Source: Eledone cirrhosa
Lineage: Eukaryota
Direction: 5' to 3'
NCBI GenBank assembly: GCA_964016885.1
Contig: OZ024741.1
Location: 213,218,001 to 213,282,000 of the forward strand
DNA length: 64,000 nt
Every line of letters starts with the position of its first letter. The first letter of the stretch is position 1. A program made the translations under genes and the position numbers. Below the pieces are notes generated by a model. It saw only the letters and a list, made by a program, of their open reading frames with translations, made no database searches and was not told the origin of the DNA. This document shows, in pieces, positions 1-13,194 of the stretch.

Positions 1-67
1 GAAGGAAAAAAATGAGGAAAAAAATGGAGTCGAAGAAATACACATGAGTATTCAGTCAGACATATTT

Positions 68-116
<49 letters not shown>

Positions 117-498
117 AGAAAGAGATAAAGAGAGAGAGATAGAGAGATAGAGAGCCGGAGAGAGAAAGCCAGAGAGAGAGTGGGGGGGGGATATCTTCTA
201 CAGAAAAAGAACTGTATCATTCGAAGGATACCATCTTATATATATATATATATACAAATCTGAGTTATCAAGACATATCAAATATGTACGATTTTTGTCC
301 TTCTCAATAAAAAAGTTCAATTGACATTATCCAGTGCCATGTTATTTCAAAATTAAAATATATATATATGTATCTATGTATGTATTTATATATATGTATG
401 TGTACGTAATATGCGTACTAGGGCTTATGTTTACTATTTGTTTATGTTTCGTAACTTAATGTTTCGTTAAATAGAGATCGATAAAATATGTATTATAC

Positions 499-687
499 TT
501 CAATATAACATTTGTTGTGGGAGACATGAGTGACTAAATCCCATAATGTCCGTGCCCCTGTCTGGCTACAGTCTAATAATTGTGTTTTGGACGCCAAACA
601 ACTACAGCGAACCGACGAGGGAGACTTATAATAACTAGACAGTGAATCTCCCAAACTAAACAGCAGTGAATCGCCCAACACAATCAT
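499..687 (-). CDS. Candidate internal coding exon of an unidentified host gene (MIVLGDSLLFSLGDSL...VSHNKCYIE)
   Basis: Unique sequence. An open 189-nt phase-0 frame runs from an acceptor (tttgttttaAG) to a possible donor (GAA|GTataa). Protein not recognised. Confidence 0.5.
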
Positions 688-822
688 CTTAAAACAAAGT
701 TATGTGATATAAGGAAATTCTTGATTCAGGATATCTGAAAATATGATGGAATGATCATCACAAGAAGCCTCTTGATCAGCGGTTTGCTCGATGCGGCATG
801 ACACAGTATATATATATATAAT

Positions 823-1125
823 TGGGAATCAGTAAAATCGAATCTCTGGCGGTCTGCAAGTAATTCGGTCTACTTATATGAAGTGATGGGTTAGCGAAGC
901 ACTCGATAAGATAGGTCTCAGAGTTATAACATACTTTAAATAGCTTGACAAATCGGACATTGTGGTAGGCCAAACTAACACACAATACATACCAAAGCAA
1001 TGAAAACACTAATCAGGTTGAGAAAAATAGACCTGGACAAATCAGACGAACGTTTGAAATGTTTCTCTGACTCCGAAATCAAATATCACAGAGGAATCAG
1101 TTTATCAACAGGTCTTCGTTCTGGT
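823..1125 (-). mobile_element. Diverged member of the ~610-bp HHR-bearing non-coding retroelement family
   Basis: Colinear similarity blocks to 47115-47925 and 26928-27798; 3' end joins (TA)n; contains the HHR at 1029-1115. Confidence 0.7.
1029..1115 (-). ncRNA. Type I hammerhead ribozyme, U3:A8 core variant
   Basis: AGACCUG-UUGAUAA-a-CUGAUUCC..GGAGUCAG-a-GAAA-CA..UG-UC^CAGGUCU: 7-bp helix I, 8-bp helix II, GUC site. Confidence 0.8.
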
Positions 1126-1334
1126 TAGGATCAGGAGTGATAAAATATGTTGCTGCTCTCCCGGCTGCTAATCGTATCTATATTTATCACGTGTTCCGGC
1201 ATTTTTTTTTTGAGTGTATGTCCGTGGGTGAGAGGATGTGGTGGAATGCTGGGTAATTTCCTTGTGATGTAGTTGATTCTTGGGAGCGATGTCCAATGTG
1301 TGTAATCCGTGGTTGGGTTGGTCGGAAGAGGGGA

Positions 1335-1391
<57 letters not shown>

Positions 1392-1394
<3 letters not shown>

Positions 1395-1884
1395 GGTGAA
1401 GTTGGAAATAGCATGGAAAATACATTTAAGGGTCTGTTTTTCTTTTGTTATCCTTTCTTTGATTCGTCAAAGTGACATTATTGAACAGATAACATTATTG
1501 AAAAAATGAGAGGGACAATTCTTTTTAAAAAAAGTTTTATAATGTATATTAAGTATTACCAGCTTCGATGTATTATTAAAATTCATCTTATCAAATGTTG
1601 AGTATTGAAATAAAAATTAAAAACAATTAATAAGAGTTAAAAACCAAAAAATTAAAGATTTAAAATTAAGTAAGTTTTCTTCCATCTTTCTTGCTCAAAA
1701 TTTGGCTGGAGAATGAGTTCTTGGTGATAGTGAATATAGCATCAGCTGTGTTTCTTCACAGAACAAAGTTGTTTTGGGAAACATCCTGTAAATATGTGTG
1801 TGTATATCTGATTGTGTTCCGTGCTATTTCCAATTTCACCTTTTCTCTATATCCACTGTTTTGTATAGAACACTTACTTCCGTT

Positions 1885-1887
<3 letters not shown>
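1392..1887 (-). mobile_element. Decayed PLE pseudo-LTR-type element with short inverted ends and a degenerate U3:A8 HHR (~1553-1600)
   Basis: Inverted repeat ggtgaagttggaaatagcatggaa / ttccgtgctatttccaatttcacc. Minus strand reads UUGAUAA-GAUG..CAUC-GAAG-cugg-UA; related to 28964-29011. Confidence 0.55.
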
Positions 1888-1967
<80 letters not shown>

Positions 1968-1981
1968 TATACTTTTCCCTT

Positions 1982-2060
<79 letters not shown>

Positions 2061-2066
<6 letters not shown>

Positions 2067-2195
2067 AAAAGTATGACCCCGACGAAAAGTATGCCGTCGG
2101 GTCATACTTTTTCCTATTACCAACTCTACTACCCTAAGTATTGAGTACTCTAATGCATTATGGTCCATCTGGTTCCTTACCAAATCTCCTTCGTT
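2061..2195. repeat. Fold-back pLTR tail fragment between (TA)n tracts
   Basis: Hairpin 2061-2117; the arm matches 38808-38833. Confidence 0.6.
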
Positions 2196-2276
2196 ATATA
2201 TATATATAAATAAATGGAGGAGAAGGAAATACATTCAAAAACAAATTTTACTCCTTACACAGTGTTTTATCTAGGC

Positions 2277-2346
<70 letters not shown>

Positions 2347-2599
2347 CATATGTTCAAATTTAAAACATATATGTAGAGTGAAAAGAGAATAAATAATTTA
2401 CGAAGCATTTAGCATTTTGTACACGTATTTAGAGCAAATATTCTCAAATGATATATACTACTTTCTATCTACTACATAAATCTTTTAAATTTAAATAATT
2501 GATGTTATATAGGAGACGATCGACTTTCGTCAAATCGGACCGAGGGAACAATGTTTCCGTTGGTCTTTCCAATTGCTAATACTATCTATCGGTCGCAAC

Positions 2600-2727
2600 T
2601 CCAGGTAGAAGGAGCAACGTGAAATAAAGTGTCTTGCTCAAGGACATAACGCATCGCCTGGTCCAGGAATCGAACTCACAACCTCACGATTGCGAATCCA
2701 ATTCTCTAACCACTCAGCCACACGCCT
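2600..2727 (-). mobile_element. tRNA-derived SINE with CORE-like domain
   Basis: A box TGGCTGAGTGG, B box GAGTTCGATTCC, then tgtccttgagcaagacactt (CORE-like); second copy at 14316-14558. Confidence 0.85.
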
Positions 2728-2750
2728 ATATATATATATATATATACAGT

Positions 2751-2781
<31 letters not shown>

Positions 2782-2796
2782 TACACACACACACAG

Positions 2797-2836
<40 letters not shown>

Positions 2837-2874
2837 ATATGTGTGTGTGTGTGTGGTGTGTATGTATATATATA

Positions 2875-2905
<31 letters not shown>

Positions 2906-2927
2906 TATATTTAATATATTAATATTT

Positions 2928-3120
2928 AATATAGAAATGGCTTCTACAGGACTAGAACTATTCAATTCAAAATAAATCATCCGGAAAGCCCTGGTGATTT
3001 CTTTTAAATGAAACATTTCTAGTCCTGTAAAAGCCATTTCTATATTAAACATAATGTTTACACTCTACTAATATATTAAGTATCTTACTTACTGTTGTTA
3101 ACCCAATTTAATCTGGGACT
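2928..3120. mobile_element. Palindromic pLTR element with a back-to-back pair of decayed HHRs
   Basis: Inverted repeat centred near 2990; homologous to 60283-60478 and 25170-25275. Confidence 0.7.
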
Positions 3121-3143
3121 CACACCCATACACATATATACAT

Positions 3144-3213
<70 letters not shown>

Positions 3214-3214
3214 G

Positions 3215-3260
<46 letters not shown>

Positions 3261-3264
<4 letters not shown>

Positions 3265-3382
3265 GAATAATCGAGTATCGAAAAATCGGCGCACGAGTTC
3301 ACGATAAACAAAATTCGAAAAGAGCGGCAGAGGGCTCAATAATTCAGATAAATCAGAGCTATAACTATCGTTAAAATACCGT

Positions 3383-3388
<6 letters not shown>
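3261..3388 (-). repeat. 3' tail of the ~610-bp HHR element (subfamily B)
   Basis: Near-identical to the reverse complement of 35195-35322 and 35806-35933; also at 23113-23205; flanked by (TA)n. Confidence 0.85.
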
Positions 3389-3440
<52 letters not shown>

Positions 3441-3746
3441 TACACAGTTCAAGAGTAACCAATCTTAAAGAGAGAGATGGAGATAGAAGAGGAGATATGA
3501 GAGGAGAGATTGGTGAATTAGTTAGAACCCAAAGCGTAAAGGCATGTGCTCAATGTGCAATATGCAGTAGAAAGCAGCTAGGTGGCTGGGTTCATGCAGA
3601 AGTTTGTTGCGCAGAGCTGGAAATATTCATTAGTTAAGCAAAACAAGACCACAAATTTCAAAAGACATTATTAAAAGATTGTCAACATATTTTAGTTTGA
3701 TGTAAGGAATGTAGAGAATAATAATAATAATAATATTAATAATAAT

Positions 3747-3857
3747 TGTTTCTACTTTAGGCACAAGGCCAGCAATTACCCAGTGCATTACTGGTACTTT
3801 ATTTTATCGACCCCGTAAGGATGAAAGGCAAAGTCAACCTCGGCCGGATTTGAACTC
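3747..3857 (-). mobile_element. 5'-truncated SINE (Meta/MESC-like domain) with 15-bp target-site duplication
   Basis: aatattaataataat occurs at 3732-3746 and 3858-3872; the insertion is absent from the homologous element near 59750. Confidence 0.85.
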
Positions 3858-3879
3858 AATATTAATAATAATAATGTCC

Positions 3880-3999
3880 GTTTACAATTGTTTCGCTACT
3901 CCATATAATATTTCTGGATCAGATGACTATATATCATAATTGATCTCGTTCAGTTGAAAAAAATTAACATAATTAAAAAACAGAGTGGCTCATCGGAAC
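3880..3999 (-). ncRNA. Hammerhead-like motif with C4 core (CCGAUGA) and ~70-nt loop II insertion
   Basis: guu-CCGAUGA-GC.ACUCUG...UGGAGU.GC-GAAA-C-AAUU-G-UA^aac; same motif at 59993-60113. Confidence 0.65.
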
Positions 4000-4420
4000 T
4001 TCAAAGGAATATAAATTAAAATAATGAGAGAATGTTACATAATATAATGTTCCATATATTGCTTTTTCACTATGGTGTCTTGGTTGCATCAGTTGTCAAC
4101 CATAATCAAGCAGTATTCATCTGTCGAGGCTGCATTGTGTGAGATCTGCCTATGGGTAACAATATATATATTTTCAACTGAACCAGATCAATTATGATAT
4201 ATAGTCATCTGATCCAGAAATATTATATGGAGTAGCGAAACAATTGTAAACGGACATTATTATTATTAATATTGTTATTATTATTCTCTACATTCCTTAC
4301 ATCAAACTAAAATATGTTGACAATCTTTTAATAATGTCTTCCTTGTGAAATTTGTGGTCTTGTTTTGCTTAACTAATGAATATATATATATATATATTTT
4401 ATTATATATATATAGATTTA

Positions 4421-4507
<87 letters not shown>

Positions 4508-4563
4508 GTGGAGGGTTAGAGACGTAGAAAGACTGACACTTGTATAGCACTACCATAACCACT

Positions 4564-4620
<57 letters not shown>

Positions 4621-5299
4621 TATATATATATATTTTATATATTTTATATATATATATATTTTACATATATATATGTATATATATAAAATATATATATATA
4701 TATATTTTATATACATATATATTTTATATATATATATGTATATATATAAAATATATATATTATATACATATATATATTTTATATACATATATATTTTATA
4801 TATATATATATATATATAAATATATATATATATATTCACTGTGTCACACTTGATCGGCCAGAACTATAATATGTATACAACAGCGACTAGTAGTATTAAT
4901 TCAGGCACACGATCAGCAATTTACAAAGGTGGGGGAAATACGATTAAATCGACACCAGTACATATCAAGTTCGTTATTTTAATACAAATAATTATTATTT
5001 TATTGTTAAATGCATAAAGCATAGAATTTAGTTGAATACAATTTATATAAATCACAATTTTAAAAGATTCATCTATTTAACAATACAATGTTACTTCGCA
5101 GAAATATTAATGTTGTTTCCTTGAATATAGTTTATTCAACTAAATTCTGAGAAGGATATATCTATTTAACAATATAATTTTGTACTAACAACGGATTCTT
5201 ATTGTTATTTCTCTAGTGCCTCTCAAATAATATGTTGGTTCAAATTAATTCTGTTATGTTTAAAAATGTATTCAGAGTGTATTTGTATACAATATATGT

Positions 5300-5382
<83 letters not shown>

Positions 5383-5496
5383 CACACTCATACATATATA
5401 TGTTAGTGTGTATATATATATATATATATATGTATTTTTTATAAATATATACACATACATTCACACGCATACATATATATATGTGTGTATTTGTGC

Positions 5497-5584
<88 letters not shown>

Positions 5585-5883
5585 TAATATATATAAGAAA
5601 GACAGAGAGAAGGAGAGATAAACCGAGAGAGATGCATATGCATATATGTGTGTAGATAGTGATATGTATATATATACATACACACTCATACATATAGTGT
5701 GTATATATATATATATGTATGTATTTTTTTATAAATATATACACATACAATCTCACGCATTCATATATATATATATGTGTATTTGTGCGTGTGTGTGTGT
5801 GAGTGTGTGTATTAATATATATAAGAAAGACAGAGAGAAGGAAAGATAAACCGAGAGAGATGCATATATGTGTGTAGATAGTG

Positions 5884-5920
<37 letters not shown>

Positions 5921-6438
5921 TGTAGAGAAATATATATATATGTATGTGTATATGAGTGAATGCGCGTGCGCTTCCTCTTAAGTGTATTGATATGCATATA
6001 TATCGAACAATGATGATGATGGTTATGATAATCTTTACATGGCATTTCGAATTATCCACCATCACCACCACCACCACCCTTTCCGCTCCCCACCACACTC
6101 ACTTTTATGCCGTTAACAACATACATAAATAGACAAAACTAATCGCATTTGTTTTAAAAACGAATTGAATATTTTTGAAACTGTTCTTGACTCTTTCAAA
6201 AGGTCATTCGTACTTTTAACCCGAACAACTTAATGTTAAAAGTTTGGTTTTTCTGTCTGTCATTCTCGTTGTCTTTGCCTGTTTGGAAATGTTAGTCGTG
6301 ACAAACCCAACTTGAACTCGTGATAGATGTAATTGGGGCATACTGTGCAAAAGCAGATTTTTCAACAGCATATTGAGGTTGTTTTTAGTATATATTCATT
6401 TTATAATTGTTATTATTGTTATTTATTATTATTTATAT

Positions 6439-6630
6439 AGCGTCAGACACCGTGCTTTGCAGCAGTGTTATGACCCTTTACGTTCTGAGTTCAAATTCCG
6501 CCGAGATTACCTTTGCTTTCATCCTTACATGGTCGATAAATAAAGAACCTGTAATGCACTGGAGTCTATTTAATCGACTCCCCCCTCCTTCACAATGCCG
6601 GCCTTGTGCCTAAATCAAAAACCATTAATA
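6439..6630 (+). mobile_element. tRNA-derived SINE, Meta/MESC-like family (also 7825-8022, 8095-8240)
   Basis: B box gagttcaaat(t/c)cc; central ctttgcctttcatccttacggggtcgataaaataaagtaccag; tail ggccttgtgcc. Domain name assigned from memory. Confidence 0.85.
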
Positions 6631-6699
6631 TTATTATTATTTATTTGTCTGTTTTTTTTTTCTTACGGATTTATGTTCACGATAATGTTAAATAAAAAG

Positions 6700-7290
6700 G
6701 TCTGACTGTAGGGATAGCTGAGTGTTTAATCGATTCGTTTAGCAACCTTGAGGCCGCACTTTCGATCTCACTGCGTGGAAATTCAGGCAAATGTCAATAA
6801 TATTACACTGTGCAGGCACAGGTATGGCTGAGGTGGTAAGAAGTCCGCTTAGCAATTAAGATTTTCCGTCCGCTTTCGATCTAAATGCATCGTACCTTGA
6901 ATAAATGATATTTTACTGTGTGGACACGGGTATGGCTGAGGTGTTCAAAAGTTCGTTTCGTAATTATGAGGTCCCGTTTTAATCGAAATACTGAACAAAT
7001 ATTGAACAAATGATTGTATTTTATTGACGGTACGCAGGTATGGCTGACGTGTTAAGAGGATGGTTTAGCACTTACGAGACCTCTATTTCGATTTCACAGC
7101 AAGGAAATTCGTACAAATATCGAACAAATGTCGATAATATTAAATTGTTTGGGCACAGATATGGCTGAAGAAATTGGTTTAGCAATCATGAGGTCCCGGT
7201 TTCGAACCCACAGCATGGTAATTCCGATAAATATCGATAATGGAATACTCTGTGGTTTTGTTGAGATAATAAGAAGTCCGTTTAACAAAC
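6700..7290 (+). repeat. Tandem array of about 5-6 degenerate tRNA-SINE heads (~110-bp period)
   Basis: Repeated ggtatggctgaggtg..tagcaa..gag..ttcgat motif; a related dispersed copy at 23401-23545. Confidence 0.65.
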
Positions 7291-8699
7291 ATGAAAAAAA
7301 ATATAAAGTTGACCTCGGCAAGATTTGATCTCAGATGATATGGCATTTCATTCAACATTTGTGCCAATTTGCCACAGTGTATGTGTGTTTGTATCTGTGT
7401 GTTTGTATTCGTGTGTGTGTGCGTGGGTGTGTATTTGTGTATGCGTTCGAGTGAGTGTTTAGAAAGTAGCTAATATTTTCAAACAGAACTAGATGTTACG
7501 TTTTGAAGTGGAAACTTGCGTGAGTAATAAGAAAAAGCCGACGGTTATATGCAATGAAACAGTAGTAGTAACTATAAATTAACTCAAGCCATTGTTATTA
7601 ATTATTTCAACAAGACAGGCCAACATTTGGAAGGTGTTATTTAAGAGTTTTCATATCCCCCAGCTTTCCTTCCTAGGTTAAAAGTGAAGTCAAATAAACG
7701 GGTGAAAATTACGTTTGAAGAAAATTAGCTATCTGTAAGACTATTCAATGAGGATTTACTCTTTATAATGCGGGCTTATTATTTTGGTTCTTATTATATA
7801 TTTTATATCGTTTTATTACTATAGCAGATTAGCAGTATGGCTAGAGCGTCGGACAATATGCTTTGCGTTCTGAGTTCAAAACCCACCGAAGTTAGCTTTG
7901 CCTTTCATCCTTACGGGGTCGATAAAATAAAGTACCAGTAATGAAACGGGTCGATTTAATCGACTTTGCCCCCCCCCCAAAAAAAAAATTGCTGGCCTAG
8001 TGCTTAAAGTAGAAACAATTATTATATATAATGATTTTCTTTCCTTCGTTCTCTTCTCATATTTTATTTAACTGAGTTCAACTTCATCATGTAGCCGGCG
8101 AATTGACAGAATCGTTAGAAGGTCGGATAGAATATTTTACGGTATTCCTTCCGGCTTTCTGCCCTCTGATTTCAAATCCCGCCGAGGTTAACTTTGCTTT
8201 CCTTCCTTATGAGGTTGATAGAAAATGTACCAGTCCAGTATAAGGGATCCACATTTTTCCTTTATATCTCTTTCGCACTTCCTCTGCACATCAGACCTGT
8301 CAACTCTCCCCGTTCGACGGGGAGATCCCAGCCACTCTGGGGTGGGTGAGAGATGTCTTCTCTTGTGAAAATGTGTATAGCTTTTCTTATGTAAAATCTC
8401 CCCATTTTGCCTCATTTCTTTTTTTCATGGTACTCCCCATTTAGGTTTTTAGAGGTGGGCAGATCTGGTATCATTCTCTTTCCTTCTCTGGAAGAAATGG
8501 ACTGCATTAAGACCTGGAGAGGAGATGGTCTGCACTAGGTTTTTTAAAAGCCCAAGAAACGCCGTATGTCACTACGGTGTTTCTACGACTTCAGAAGTAA
8601 CGGTATAAATGAAAGAATAAATTCACTATAAGTCATCTTTACTCATAAAGCCATCCTGCCATTAGACTCATTTTAAAATGCATTAAACCCTTACCCTAG

Positions 8700-9280
8700 T
8701 GAAGGTGTGTCGCGATGTGGCTAGGGTGTTCAGCTTACGTTCTTTCCATTCTCGCTAGCGTGATTTATCCTTGAGTTAGCGAGACTCTTTATTTCTAGTT
8801 GTCTCATTCTATTCCAATGAGATGGCGAAAAAATACGCCGTATCTGAAATTCAAAGCACCGGCCTTGTTACACTGTTTCACGCGGAATCTCCCTGATATA
8901 TATTTTACATTATTTTAAATATATATATTTGTAATCATAACGGAAGATATCGATGCATGAAAGAGCGGCTCAACATCGAAAATCATGAGTTCAAATCCCG
9001 GTGACATTTTGCGGTCTTCAGCAAGACGCTTTATCTCACGTTACTCTAGCCCTCTCATACGGAAAAAAAACGTGTGTTGTACATACTTGTAATTCTAAAG
9101 GCCGGGCTTATCACATACTGTGGTATACTGAAAATCCCGTAGAATTAGGTCATGTCTGCAAGTGTCTGGGGAATGCTCATCTACTTGCATGCTCATCTAC
9201 TTGCGCCTTAATTTTAAGTACAGTTTGTTCCGTTGATCGGCTAACTGGAACTCTTATCTTCAGAACCGACGGAAGTCTAA
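8700..9280 (+). mobile_element. Two old, degenerate CORE-like SINE copies
   Basis: gagttcaaatcccgg..cttcagcaagacgctttatctcacgtt plus tail; tail also matches 28095-28175 in reverse. Confidence 0.55.
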
Positions 9281-9654
9281 AATACTAAACCTCCGCACAC
9301 ATACACATACACACATACGCACCTACCTACACACATATACACGTACCCCCCTCCCCCCACACACACGTACATACACATACGCACCTACCTACACACATAT
9401 ACACGTACCTACACACACACACACACGTACATACACATACACACCTACCCCCCCCCCCCACACACACACACACACGTACCTACACACATAGACACAAACA
9501 TTTGTTGAAAGTGATATGTATCAGAAATATTTATGAGAAAAGAATTAAAGACGAAAATGTTATTGTTGAAATTATGAAGATCAGAAAGATAATGATCCTT
9601 GGTGGACCTGTGGAATTATTGATAACAGTAAATAATCGATATTGAACAGAATAA

Positions 9655-10505
9655 CATTGGTCCTACATTTGACACAAGGGTCTTTACTTGAGGAGAAGAG
9701 GAAATTCGCTTAAATGGACACCAGTGCGTTACTGGTACTTTATTTTATTAATACCGTAGGATGAAAGGCGAAGCTAATAACGATGGGATTTGAACTGAAA
9801 TTGATGATAATCATAAATACTCTCTATAGAATAGATTAACATCTGCTTCTATTATTGACACAATGTCATCTACTTGAAGAGAAGGCGAAACACAATTAAA
9901 TTGACCCTAGTATATTTCTGGTACTTTATTTTATTGAGTCCGTAGAATGAAAGGCAAAGCTAACCACAGCAGGATTTGAACTCAGAACATGGTTGGCGGA
10001 CATATGAAATTGCTCATAATAATAAATACTCGATATTGAATAGAATAACAGCTATTTCTATTTTTTGGCACAAGGGCCTTTATTTGAAGAGAAAGGGGTA
10101 ATTCGAGTAAATTGACCCCAGTATGTTTCTGGTACTTTATTTTATTGAGCTCGTAAAATGAAAAGCAAAACTAACCACAGCGGGATTTGAACTCAGAAAA
10201 TTGTTGGCGGACCTATAACATTATTCATAATAGTTGTTTCTACTTTTGGCACAAGGCCAGCAATTACGCAGTAGATTACTGGTACTTTAGTAATAGTAAA
10301 TACTCGATATTGAATAGAATAACAGCTATTTCTATTTTTGGTAAAAGAGCCTTTATTTGACACGAGTACGTTACTGGTACTTTATGTTATCGAGCCCGTA
10401 GAACGAAGGGCAAAACTAACCACGTGGGATTTGAACTCACTCATGAGCCGTAATATATATCATAAAATATTTTGACCGATACTTTAACGATTCTACCAAT
10501 CCCTT
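9655..10505 (-). repeat. Tandem cluster of degenerate Meta/MESC-like SINE copies
   Basis: At least four ctggtactttat..tgaaaggcaaa..ggatttgaact units. Confidence 0.8.
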
Positions 10506-10839
10506 GGCCATAGCACCCAGTACCCTTGAATGGTATGTTAATTGTCGTATATATGTGGTTCCCAAACACGTTCAGTCACAGACCGTGTAAACTGTAAACA
10601 CGTCCTACCCATGCACATTTGGAAACTTATGTAAATTATTATATGTTGTTTAATATATATTATCAAAACTGGTGTTACTGTTGTTATTTGGACAGAAATG
10701 TCTGGAAAAATAAATACTGGTTGCATTAAACAGGTAGATAGTAGTAGTAGTGGTGATAATAGTAGTAGTAGAAGTGTTGTTGTTGTTGGTGGTGGTGGTG
10801 GTAGTTGTAATGTTAATAAGAGTATTAGTATTGGTGATG

Positions 10840-12105
10840 GTGGTAGTATTAGTGGTAGTGTTGTTGTTGGTGGTAGGTGGTAGTATTTGTGGTAGTGTTG
10901 TTGTTGGTAGTTGGTGGTAGTATTAGTGGTAGTGTTGCTGTTGGTGGTTTGTGGTAGTATCAGTGGTAGTGTTGTTGTTGGTGGTTGGTGGTAGTATCAG
11001 TGGTAGTGTTGTTGTTGGTGGTTGGTGGTAGTATCAGTGGTAGTGTTGTTGTTGGTGGTAGTATCAGTGGTAGTGTTGTTGTTGGTGGTTGGTGGTAGTA
11101 TTAGTGGTAGTGTTGCTGTTGGTGGTTGGTGGTAGTATTAGTGGTAGTGTTGTTGTTGGTGGTAGTATTAGTGGTAGTGTTGTTGTTGGTGGTAGTATTA
11201 GTGGTAGTGTTGTTGTTGGTGGTAGTATTAGTGGTAGTGTTGTTGTTGGTGGTAGTATTAGTGGTAGTGTTGTTGTTGGTGGTAGTATTAGTGGTAGTGT
11301 TGTTGTTGGTGGTAGTATTAGTGGTAGTGTTGTTGTTGGTGGTAGTATTAGTGGTAGTGTTGTTGGTGGTGGTTTGTGGTAGTATTAGTGGTAGTGTTGT
11401 TGTTGGTGGTTGGTGGTAGTATTAGTGGTAGTGTTGTTGTTGGTGGTTGGTGGTAGTATTAGTGGTAGTGTTGTTGTTGGTGGTTGGTGGTAGTATTAGT
11501 GGTAGTGTTGTTGTTGGTGGTTTGTGGTAGTATTAGTGGTAGTGTTGTTGTGGGTGGTTGGTGGTAGTATTAGTGGTAGTGTTGTTGTTGGTGGTCGTTG
11601 TTGTTGTTGGTGGTGGTGGTGGTAATCGTATTGAGAGTAATTTTGTTGTTGGTGTTGGTTGTGGTTGTGGTGAGGGAAGTAATAGTGGTAGTGTTGGTGT
11701 TGCTAATGTTGTTGTTGTTGCTATTGGTGGTGGTGATGGCGGTGGTGATAGTGGTGGTGATAGTGGTGGTGGTAATCGTAATGAAATAATTTTGTTGTTG
11801 GTGTTGGTTGTGGTGAGACTAGTGTTGGTGTTGCTAATGTTGTTATTGTTGTTGTTGTTATTGATGGTTATGGGGATGTCGGTGATGATGATGTTGGTGG
11901 TAGTGGTGGTGGAGGTGGTGATGGTGGCAATCGTAATGAGAGTGATTTTGTTGTTGGTGTTGGTGTTGGTGTTGGCTGTGGTGAGGATAGTGTTGGTGTT
12001 GCTAATGGTGTTGTTGTTATTGTTATTGTTAGTGGTAGTGTTGGTGATGATGATGATGATGATGGTGGTGGTGATGGTGGTGGTGGTGGCGGTGGTAGTG
12101 AGACT
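10840..12105. repeat. G/T-rich minisatellite (30-bp unit ggtagtattagtggtagtgttgttgttggt, 37-bp variant) grading into GGT/GTT/GAT triplets
   Basis: Seven exact 30-bp copies at 11131-11340 with degenerate flanks. Confidence 0.95.
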
Positions 12106-12281
12106 GTAATGTAAATGTGTATGTCTAGAGCAAATGATAAAAAAGAAAACCTCACACACAATAGACTGTCTAACAATGTTTCTCTGTTGGAAATTTGGCT
12201 GTCTTTAATTATTTTCAGTACATATATATCTTGTGTAAATATTATAGAAAACATGTCTTGTTATATGCGTGTGTGTTAGTG

Positions 12282-12341
<60 letters not shown>

Positions 12342-12342
12342 A

Positions 12343-12376
<34 letters not shown>

Positions 12377-12569
12377 TTATATATATATGTGTGTGTGTGT
12401 GTATTTACAAGTATGTAGATATATGAATATATACAATCTCAAGTAAATATATTATAGTCTATAATTTGATAGTGAGTTATATATATATATATAAACACAT
12501 ATATATATATATATGTGTGTGTGTGTGTATATATGTATGTATATGTGTGTGTGTATGTATGTTTTGTGT

Positions 12570-12780
12570 GTGGGTCACAGAACGTGAGTGTTTGTCGCAT
12601 CCAAAGTAGAGGTCGGTAGTTTAATATCGAGGAAATTTGCGATCACGTGGTGTTTTGTTAGAAGAAACAGTATTTTTCAATTTACCATGAAAATGGCGCC
12701 CGCTGAGAGTGTGAAGGTAGAATGTAACTATAATTTCCGATTTTCACTTTGTCACGTGCTGTCTATTGATTAACTTCCTC
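12570..12780 (+). promoter_or_regulatory. Putative promoter / first-exon island
   Basis: Unique, CpG-containing island among microsatellites; CACGTG E-boxes at 12644 and 12753; YY1-like AAAATGGCG around the ATG. Confidence 0.4.
12687..12716 (+). CDS. Candidate first coding exon MKMAPAESVK|(V), resembling a kinesin motor N-terminus
   Basis: accATG and aaaATGGCG starts, AAG|GTAGAA donor; ESVKV resembles kinesin-2 starts. No downstream kinesin exon found in the window. Confidence 0.35.
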
Positions 12781-12957
12781 ACTTTCAGTGGTTGTTTTCG
12801 TTGTTTTGATAGTGGCTGTTGTTCTTGTACCGTTGTTGTGTTGGTAAACGTTGCTGTAGTTGTTGTTAATGTCGTAGTTGTTGCTATATTTCTGTTAGAT
12901 TTTTATATGTGTAAACATATGAGACCGTGTATGTGTGTATATAAGAGAATATGTATA

Positions 12958-12992
<35 letters not shown>

Positions 12993-13029
12993 GTGTGTGT
13001 GTGTCTGTGCGCGCGTATATATATATATT

Positions 13030-13061
<32 letters not shown>

Positions 13062-13155
13062 TACATATATATACATATATATATACATATATGTGTGTGT
13101 GTATATATATAGATAGATAGATATATATACACTCACACACTCATTTATATACTTC

Positions 13156-13190
<35 letters not shown>

Positions 13191-13194
<4 letters not shown>

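Larger units (their letters stand above)
3445..4382. mobile_element. Non-coding fold-back HHR element, copy 1
   Basis: Long inverted arms (~3623-3960 and 4170-4382); second copy at 59463-60245; (TA)n flanks. Confidence 0.85.

Noticed and set aside
2640-2727. Possible tRNA gene
   Set aside because: A and B boxes are present but continue into a SINE body with dispersed copies; no clean cloverleaf.
8546-8600. Hairpin with CUGAAG..GAAA on the minus strand
   Set aside because: A9 is missing and neither helix I nor helix II can form.
10520-10735. Unique segment with possible splice sites on both strands
   Set aside because: No convincing open frame or recognisable peptide.
10840-11590. CRISPR-like 30-37-bp periodicity
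   Set aside because: No unique spacers, no cas genes, eukaryotic context.
11089-12254. GGSISGSVVV-repeat and poly-V/T ORFs
   Set aside because: Product of a G/T minisatellite; the 37-bp variants break frame and no splice context is evident.
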